Shown here: positions 58,521 to 64,000 of the stretch, in pieces | Position numbering within the stretch: the first letter of the stretch is position 1 | Layout: each line of letters opens with the position of its first letter | Source: a virus | Lineage: Duplodnaviria > Caudoviricetes | Virus record (IMG/VR): IMGVR_UViG_3300005611_000007 | Location: 62,921-126,920 of that record | Length of the DNA stretch: 64,000 bases | Reading direction: 5' to 3' (one strand) | Position numbers and translations under genes: made by a program | Notes under the pieces: model-generated | What the model was told of the DNA's origin: nothing | What the model saw: only the letters and a program-made list of their open reading frames with translations | Database searches by the model: none

Positions 58521-59222
58521 TTACCTAACCTTTACTATAAATTCTTTTGAGTCTAGGTTATTTGTTATCCATACTATATTATCTATACTAAACGATTTTT
58601 CAAAGACTTTACCTTTTTCACTTCGTTCTTTATTAAACTGTAAACGGTCTTTTTGCATTCTTTTGAATTTGTCTTTTAAATCGTCAGTATCCCCGTCGGT
58701 TATGTGTTGGCGGTGCATATCGTATATGTCATAAAATTCTGGATTTCTTTTATTCAATACATACTTCTTGCCTTTAAATGTAACGAAACCCAGTTTTTTA
58801 AAGGTACTCATAGCCTTTTTTATTTCCGAATCTTTTATAGGCTCTATAAAAAACGAAGGATGCCCCTCACCTTTATTAAACCTTCTAAATCCAGCAAAGA
58901 CTTCTGCTATTTTTTTATCACTAGTCCATGACTCGTATTGTTTATTTCTGTCATAAGAAGTATTATCAAGAATTATTCCACGATAAAGCTTTATCTTAGA
59001 GCCATATTTCTTTTTCATTATTTCTCTTATAGGAGAAAAAGTATCGTATATCTCTTTTGCTATCCCATCATTCGCATTAAGACTTTTTACCAGTCTTCCA
59101 TTTTCCCATCCCGCACGTTCCCACTCGTCAATAGCATTTTGTGCCTGGACAGAAAGAGTATTGAAAGCTTTTTTGGCTAAACCAATTTCAACATTCTCGT
59201 TTATAAATTCTAAAAATTTCAT
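58521..59222 (-). CDS. ADP-ribosyltransferase-like protein with capsid-targeting-like N-terminus
   Basis: MKFLEFINE; LYRG, ESWTSDKKIA, KEFIV (R-S-E pattern). Confidence 0.5.
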   Translation of the reverse strand: MKFLEFINENVEIGLAKKAFNTLSVQAQNAIDEWERAGWENGRLVKSLNANDGIAKEIYDTFSPIREIMKKKYGSKIKLYRGIILDNTSYDRNKQYESWTSDKKIAEVFAGFRRFNKGEGHPSFFIEPIKDSEIKKAMSTFKKLGFVTFKGKKYVLNKRNPEFYDIYDMHRQHITDGDTDDLKDKFKRMQKDRLQFNKERSEKGKVFEKSFSIDNIVWITNNLDSKEFIVKVR

Positions 59223-60061
59223 TCGTCTCTACCATTCTGAGGATTATACCTCTTTCCATCAGTGAAGAAGAAAGTATTTGAAGCGAACCCATAATTATCA
59301 TTTACATCAATTAAACTTCTATCAATAGACACTGCACTATTTGTAGTAGGCGCGCCATTAGCTAATAATCCAGGAACAGTAACAAGACGACTTGACCTTG
59401 GAGTATTTAAGGCTGTATTAGCATGTAGATCAATCTGTATTCTTGTAATTGGTCCGCTGTTTGTAGTTGGTCCGTATAGATAACCTTTTAAAGTAAAATT
59501 GAAGTTCCAGATAATAGTTCTTCTAGTAGAATAATCACCATCATATACATCCTCAAAATCTATACTATTCAATATAATTGGTATATCCATAGTTATATTC
59601 ATAGATGGTATTAGATTTACTGATACGTTCCATTCTGGTTTAAAATATGGAACAATTTGTTCTACTATTTGTGTACCATCATCTGCATTCTTCACAAACG
59701 CTGATAACACAAATGTAATATCATAAGGAACAGGTGTATATTGTGTTCTCAACTGAGTATTATCAGATGTGATAATATAACTATTCTTTTGAGTGGAGTT
59801 TATTTTTCTCGTAGAATCATATGTAAGGCCGGTCAACTCAAATCCAAGACGTGGAAGCGATATAGCAACTTCTCTATCTAAATCTGGATTTGTATCTAGT
59901 CTGACAAGAAATTTTTGTTTGGGTCCATACGCTAAAGGAACAGCAAGTGTTTGTACTCTATTACCGTTCGAATCCGTTCTTACAAGTTGGATATCATTGA
60001 ATAATGATCCGAATACTTGAACATAACGTCTAATTGTACCGTGATAAAAATACTCAAACAT
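59219..60061 (-). CDS. 15: tail sheath stabiliser gp15
   Basis: FGSLFNDI, VPLAYGPKQKFL, QIVEQIVPYF. Confidence 0.92.
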   Translation of the reverse strand: MFEYFYHGTIRRYVQVFGSLFNDIQLVRTDSNGNRVQTLAVPLAYGPKQKFLVRLDTNPDLDREVAISLPRLGFELTGLTYDSTRKINSTQKNSYIITSDNTQLRTQYTPVPYDITFVLSAFVKNADDGTQIVEQIVPYFKPEWNVSVNLIPSMNITMDIPIILNSIDFEDVYDGDYSTRRTIIWNFNFTLKGYLYGPTTNSGPITRIQIDLHANTALNTPRSSRLVTVPGLLANGAPTTNSAVSIDRSLIDVNDNYGFASNTFFFTDGKRYNPQNGRDE

Positions 60062-60921
60062 CAGAACCTACCCTCTGACCATGGATCTTTTTCACTAAAA
60101 TCAATAATATCGTCTTCTAGTATATTAGATTTATATACAGTATCATTATCTGCTTGTGCATCAATTGTAGAAATTTGGAATTCTTGTACGATACCATCAC
60201 CATCTTCAGCTAGTAGAACTTCGCCATCTTCAAGAAGTGTTTGATAGAAAGTTTGATCAAGTGAATATTGATCTTCAACAATATCAATCTCACTATATCC
60301 AGTATCAAGTTTTTCAGAACTATAAGAAAATAATTCACAACGTAAATCATATGTCTGTAATCTACCGGTTTGATAAAAAATCTGTTCGTGTTCAACAAAC
60401 TTAATCTCAAATATCTTATCAACCATTGGAAAATAGATTAGATCTCCTTCTAATGGACGATTAGAACTGATTGAGTATCCATTAGCAGTGCCTGCTTCTA
60501 GTACGATAGATTCTGTCTCATTGTTCCCTGTGAGAAACTGTCTTGATGGAACAGCCGTATTTGCCTGTTCTGTAAGTAGATTATAACCTACTTCTGTCAT
60601 CAACTTTTCTGTACGAATCTGATCAAATCTTTTACGAGCAAGAGTGAAAGTCATCTCATCTCGTATCTGTAAACCGAATCTTGAGAGTAGATCACCTTCT
60701 CCTTCAAATCCTTCCACGTTTTTGATATACATCTCAACATCAGCAGCGGTTGTAAACTTCATCAGTGGATCTTCACCGAATAAGTTATCTCTCGCTACGA
60801 TTGTTTTTGGAATGTACTTTACATCATGACCATAGATCTTGATAGCCTCAATCGTGAGATCTTCAACTAGGTCTTGCTCTCTGGCGTATGAGAAGTTATT
60901 GAAATACTTATTCGTCGCCAT
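60061..60921 (-). CDS. 14: neck protein gp14
   Basis: EAIKIYG.DVKYIP, RPLEGDLIYFP, FEIKFVEHE. Confidence 0.92.
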   Translation of the reverse strand: MATNKYFNNFSYAREQDLVEDLTIEAIKIYGHDVKYIPKTIVARDNLFGEDPLMKFTTAADVEMYIKNVEGFEGEGDLLSRFGLQIRDEMTFTLARKRFDQIRTEKLMTEVGYNLLTEQANTAVPSRQFLTGNNETESIVLEAGTANGYSISSNRPLEGDLIYFPMVDKIFEIKFVEHEQIFYQTGRLQTYDLRCELFSYSSEKLDTGYSEIDIVEDQYSLDQTFYQTLLEDGEVLLAEDGDGIVQEFQISTIDAQADNDTVYKSNILEDDIIDFSEKDPWSEGRF

Positions 60922-60924
60922 AAT

Positions 60925-61668
60925 TTATCCAATCATATCATGGACGGGCAATGAATAACTCGTAATCATTTCATCTTCTAACTTATTAATTTCTTCTCTT
61001 GCTTCACCTAGAATACGAACACCGTCAAATTGAATTCCTCCTGGAAGTTGAATACCTTGAAACTTAGATAGATTTTCGCCCCACTGTCTTTTAAATAAAG
61101 CAGTCGAATATCTAAGTAACCATCTATCACCCCAAACATCTGTATATGTATTTGGATCTACTGTACGATAACAATCAATGATGATGTATTCATCTACGAG
61201 AACATCTGTTTCCCAATCCATATCAATATAAAGTCGATCTGTGTGACGGTTGAAACGAATAGGTTTCTTACCAACAAAGATTTCTTCAAGCATTTCTACA
61301 TGTCTCATAGCGTTCACATAAGGAACATATGAAGCACTAGAAAAATCAAAAAGATCGTTTAGATGAATTTGATATCGAATATTGAATAGATTTGAACTAT
61401 TAATAGAATCCCCAATATCAAACACTCTCACGATCCCTTGAATATTTTCTGGGATAGAGATGTATTTGTTGGTTTTATCTGAAGAAGTAATTTGATGTTT
61501 TAAATAAACATGTTCTGTGCCATCGTAATGATAATCACGATAGTATTGTAATGCTTCGTCAATTCTATCCTCTAGTTGTTCGTCATCAACGTTGATATCT
61601 ATAACTGGAGAACCTAGATTTCTAAGGCAATATTGTTTATGTTGTTCTCTGGTCGCAGGAATAGCCAT
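60925..61668 (-). CDS. 13: neck protein gp13
   Basis: LGSPVIDINVDDEQ, KRQWGENLSKF; late promoter 61697-61704. Confidence 0.92.
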   Translation of the reverse strand: MAIPATREQHKQYCLRNLGSPVIDINVDDEQLEDRIDEALQYYRDYHYDGTEHVYLKHQITSSDKTNKYISIPENIQGIVRVFDIGDSINSSNLFNIRYQIHLNDLFDFSSASYVPYVNAMRHVEMLEEIFVGKKPIRFNRHTDRLYIDMDWETDVLVDEYIIIDCYRTVDPNTYTDVWGDRWLLRYSTALFKRQWGENLSKFQGIQLPGGIQFDGVRILGEAREEINKLEDEMITSYSLPVHDMIG

Positions 61669-61716
61669 AGTACCCTCTTTGTATAAGTCTTATGACTATT
61701 TATAATGTTTATATTG

Positions 61717-62418
61717 TTATTGCCATTTAGGTCCACGTAACCAAATAACAAGACTTCTACGAATACCATTTGTTACTGGTTTTACTCTATGATATGTAAA
61801 AGAAGGAAAGAATAATGCTGAACCTTTTTCTTTAAAGTGTGGTAGTTTAATAGGTTCCATTACATTATAACCATCAAGATTTAGTTGTTCTTCACGATTT
61901 TCTTCTTTTTTTTCTTTTAATGATAACAACTCAAATTCTCCACCATCATATTCACTAGGGTCTGTCAATTGAATACTACAACTGATTTTACGAACGGTAT
62001 TTTTTAGAATATGATCTTCTGGATAATCGGGTTGTAATGTTCTATCATTTACAATGGTATCTGTATGCCAGTGATAATGATTTTGGTCACCATAATATAT
62101 TGTATATTGAAATGGCTCTATAGCAGTAATGTTGTAGTTCCATCCACTTTGTTGATTGACATCATCGATTGTTGGACGAATCATAGAATATAGTTCTTCA
62201 TTATCATGCCAAGATACTTTGTTCTTACGAATAGTATGATTGGCGTTTTCTGGATTTTCAATACCATATGTTAACGCTTCTTCTTCTTCACTTTTTTCAC
62301 AAATCTCACGAATACGCATAATCTGTTCAGGCCAGAATAAAGTTTCATAGTACCAATACCAATTATTTTCAAATGTAGTTGTTAGAATTTGACCTTCATG
62401 ACCAATATTTATTGACAC
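61717..62418 (-). CDS. 2OG-Fe(II) oxygenase (PKHD-type)
   Basis: WHTD, RKISCSIQL...YDGG, FPSF..HRVKPV..G.R.SLV. Confidence 0.88.
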   Translation of the reverse strand: MSINIGHEGQILTTTFENNWYWYYETLFWPEQIMRIREICEKSEEEEALTYGIENPENANHTIRKNKVSWHDNEELYSMIRPTIDDVNQQSGWNYNITAIEPFQYTIYYGDQNHYHWHTDTIVNDRTLQPDYPEDHILKNTVRKISCSIQLTDPSEYDGGEFELLSLKEKKEENREEQLNLDGYNVMEPIKLPHFKEKGSALFFPSFTYHRVKPVTNGIRRSLVIWLRGPKWQ

Positions 62419-62419
62419 A

Positions 62420-63127
62420 TTATTCTCCAGACTCTTCAGTTCGTTTTACGATAGAGAAACGAATCTTTCTATCATTATCCGTCGTTTCCATTAATTCTTT
62501 ATAATATTCACTTTTACCAATAGGTTCAATGAATAACTGTTCTCTGCGATCATATGCAAACTGTTGAAAAGGACCAAAACGATCTACATAATGTAGAAAT
62601 AATTGACATTGCCAATCTGTTGTTTTAGGTGGATTAAACTTTTCTCGCCAATGCGGTACGTCACATCCACGATAAATCATTGCTTCTTTAGGTTGGACAG
62701 AAACAGGCATTCTTACTGTTAAGTCATCTGGATCTGCATACCAGATAGGCCAGTCAAACTTCCCAGATTGTCCTAGATTGATTGTAACAGAGATTTCACA
62801 AGAAGGTCTATCAGAATGATAGTGTAATTCTTCACCAGGACCATATACACGCATGTAGGTATATGTGGGGAAGAGTTTTAAACCTGTAAGTTCTTCCATT
62901 TTAGGAAGACAGTCAACCATTACATACTCACACATAGGTTGTCCATACCAAGCCTTAGAGTTGATGGGACATTGTGAGTCGTTTAGTTTATTTTCAGTAT
63001 CTTCTTTTGCTAACTTAACATATTCATCTGAGATAATTTTAGCGACATCGGCGTCTACAAAGTCATCTACTGCTAGGTATTTCTTCTTTTGAAAATAATA
63101 CACGCCAGCACTATTACGAAGTTTCAT
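62420..63127 (-). CDS. 2OG-Fe(II) oxygenase-like protein
   Basis: HSDRPSCEIS...HWRE...QLFLHYV. Confidence 0.8.
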   Translation of the reverse strand: MKLRNSAGVYYFQKKKYLAVDDFVDADVAKIISDEYVKLAKEDTENKLNDSQCPINSKAWYGQPMCEYVMVDCLPKMEELTGLKLFPTYTYMRVYGPGEELHYHSDRPSCEISVTINLGQSGKFDWPIWYADPDDLTVRMPVSVQPKEAMIYRGCDVPHWREKFNPPKTTDWQCQLFLHYVDRFGPFQQFAYDRREQLFIEPIGKSEYYKELMETTDNDRKIRFSIVKRTEESGE

Positions 63128-63139
63128 TCATTACCTCCA

Positions 63140-63640
63140 TTATAGATAGTTAAAATTAATAGTTAGTCGTAATTTTTGATCAGTACATGTTGAACTATTA
63201 TGATATTTATTCGGTTCAAAAAAGACAATTCTATTTTCTATACTTTCAACTTTTTCATTTTCTATTCTTGTAAATCCATTACAAGTATTTAAGAATAGAA
63301 GTGCTCCTTTATGGGGAAAATCATAATCAATATGTGGATTGTGTTCTCTTAGTATTCCTATATTAGGATATGCATTCAATTTTATTCTAATGAATGCTTT
63401 TAAGTCTAATTTTGGTACTATTTTTTCTAATATGAAATCGTATAATTGAACAGAAAATATTTTATGTTTTTTATATATGTTATGTTGAAAATAGTAATTT
63501 AATATTTCATCACCATCATATTCAGAAGAAATAAATGGTGCAAAGTATAAAGGTAGATATCCTGTTAAGATATCATTTATGTAAGTATTTTTTAGTAATG
63601 ACCAATCATCATCAGATAAAAAATTATCAATCACTTTCAT
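63140..63640 (-). CDS. 2OG-Fe(II) oxygenase-like protein
   Basis: PHID...H.SSTCTD..R..INFNY. Confidence 0.8.
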   Translation of the reverse strand: MKVIDNFLSDDDWSLLKNTYINDILTGYLPLYFAPFISSEYDGDEILNYYFQHNIYKKHKIFSVQLYDFILEKIVPKLDLKAFIRIKLNAYPNIGILREHNPHIDYDFPHKGALLFLNTCNGFTRIENEKVESIENRIVFFEPNKYHNSSTCTDQKLRLTINFNYL

Positions 63641-63650
63641 TTGTTTTTCT

Positions 63651-64000
63651 TTATGTTACAGTTAAAGTTCCGGGACTAGTGAATGTAAATAAAGTTTTAC
63701 CACCAGCAGGAGTTGGAGCTGTAGAAGGTGTTCCACCAGAAAGTCTAGGTGCGGCGAGTGGATCTACTGCTATGATAACTATTCCAGAACCACCACTGCC
63801 ATTGGTCTGGCCTGGCCACGTTCTACCGCCACCGCCACCTCCTGTGTTTGTTGTACCAGGGTCGGCATTTTGGCCTCCGCCACCGCCGCCGCCACCCCCC
63901 GCCGGGGGGGAGCCAGTGCCCAGGGGGTTTTTCGCACCCCGCTCGTCGACCCCTACCTGCTCGGAGCCGCCGCCGGCGGCGGACTCGGCGCCACCCTTGT
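63651..64000 (-). CDS. glycine-rich tail fibre/adhesin, 3' part; 5' end outside window
   Basis: Manual translation ...NTGGGGGGRTWPGQTNGSGGSGIVIIA...FTFTSPGTLTVT*. Confidence 0.75.
   Translation of the reverse strand, partial: KGGAESAAGGGSEQVGVDERGAKNPLGTGSPPAGGGGGGGGGQNADPGTTNTGGGGGGRTWPGQTNGSGGSGIVIIAVDPLAAPRLSGGTPSTAPTPAGGKTLFTFTSPGTLTVT

Noticed and set aside
1289-63092. Many short plus-strand ORFs in the track (e.g. 7387-7971, 12470-12970, 28385-28762)
   Set aside because: They are antisense shadows of well-supported minus-strand genes, with no RBS or motifs
1-64000. tRNA genes, introns, inteins or stop-codon recoding
   Set aside because: No cloverleaf/T-loop motifs seen in the short intergenic gaps; core genes (43, 41, 17, 20, 23) are continuous and normal in length under the standard code

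Overview
This 64 kb window is a segment of a T4-like myovirus genome, AT-rich and almost entirely on the minus strand. The host is probably an aquatic alphaproteobacterium, inferred from PlcP/Agt-like, IscA, Def, glycine-zipper lipoprotein and ROSE-like features. Left to right it holds: the primase 5' end; a probable lysis/spanin cluster; virion and internal-head genes; an early-promoter island; replication genes (41, uvsX, 43, regA, 62/44/45, 46/47, 55, uvsW/uvsY); head/tail genes (3, 23, 22, 21, 20, 19, 18, 17, 16, 15, 14, 13); three 2OG-Fe(II) oxygenases; and a partial glycine-rich adhesin gene. Leading candidates for novelty: (1) a probable capsid-packaged, protease-processed effector system, comprising proteins with T4-IP-like N-terminal capsid-targeting peptides (a KxDG ligase-fold protein, a PD-(D/E)xK-like nuclease, an ADP-ribosyltransferase-like protein), a 1149-aa nucleotidyltransferase/nuclease-like/P-loop kinase polyprotein, and an identical 26-nt linker coding 'KEEVDLDE' in two distant head genes; (2) an inverted plcP-agt phospholipid-remodelling cassette with a late-promoter/RBS-hairpin switch; (3) a ROSE-like RNA thermometer on hsp20; (4) DNA-glycosyltransferase-like genes, one with a clamp-binding tail; (5) an AUU start for DNA polymerase; (6) an MvaI/BcnI-like nuclease between 42-bp direct repeats. 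All family assignments come from motif recognition by eye; no database searches were run. No tRNA, rRNA or CRISPR array was seen.
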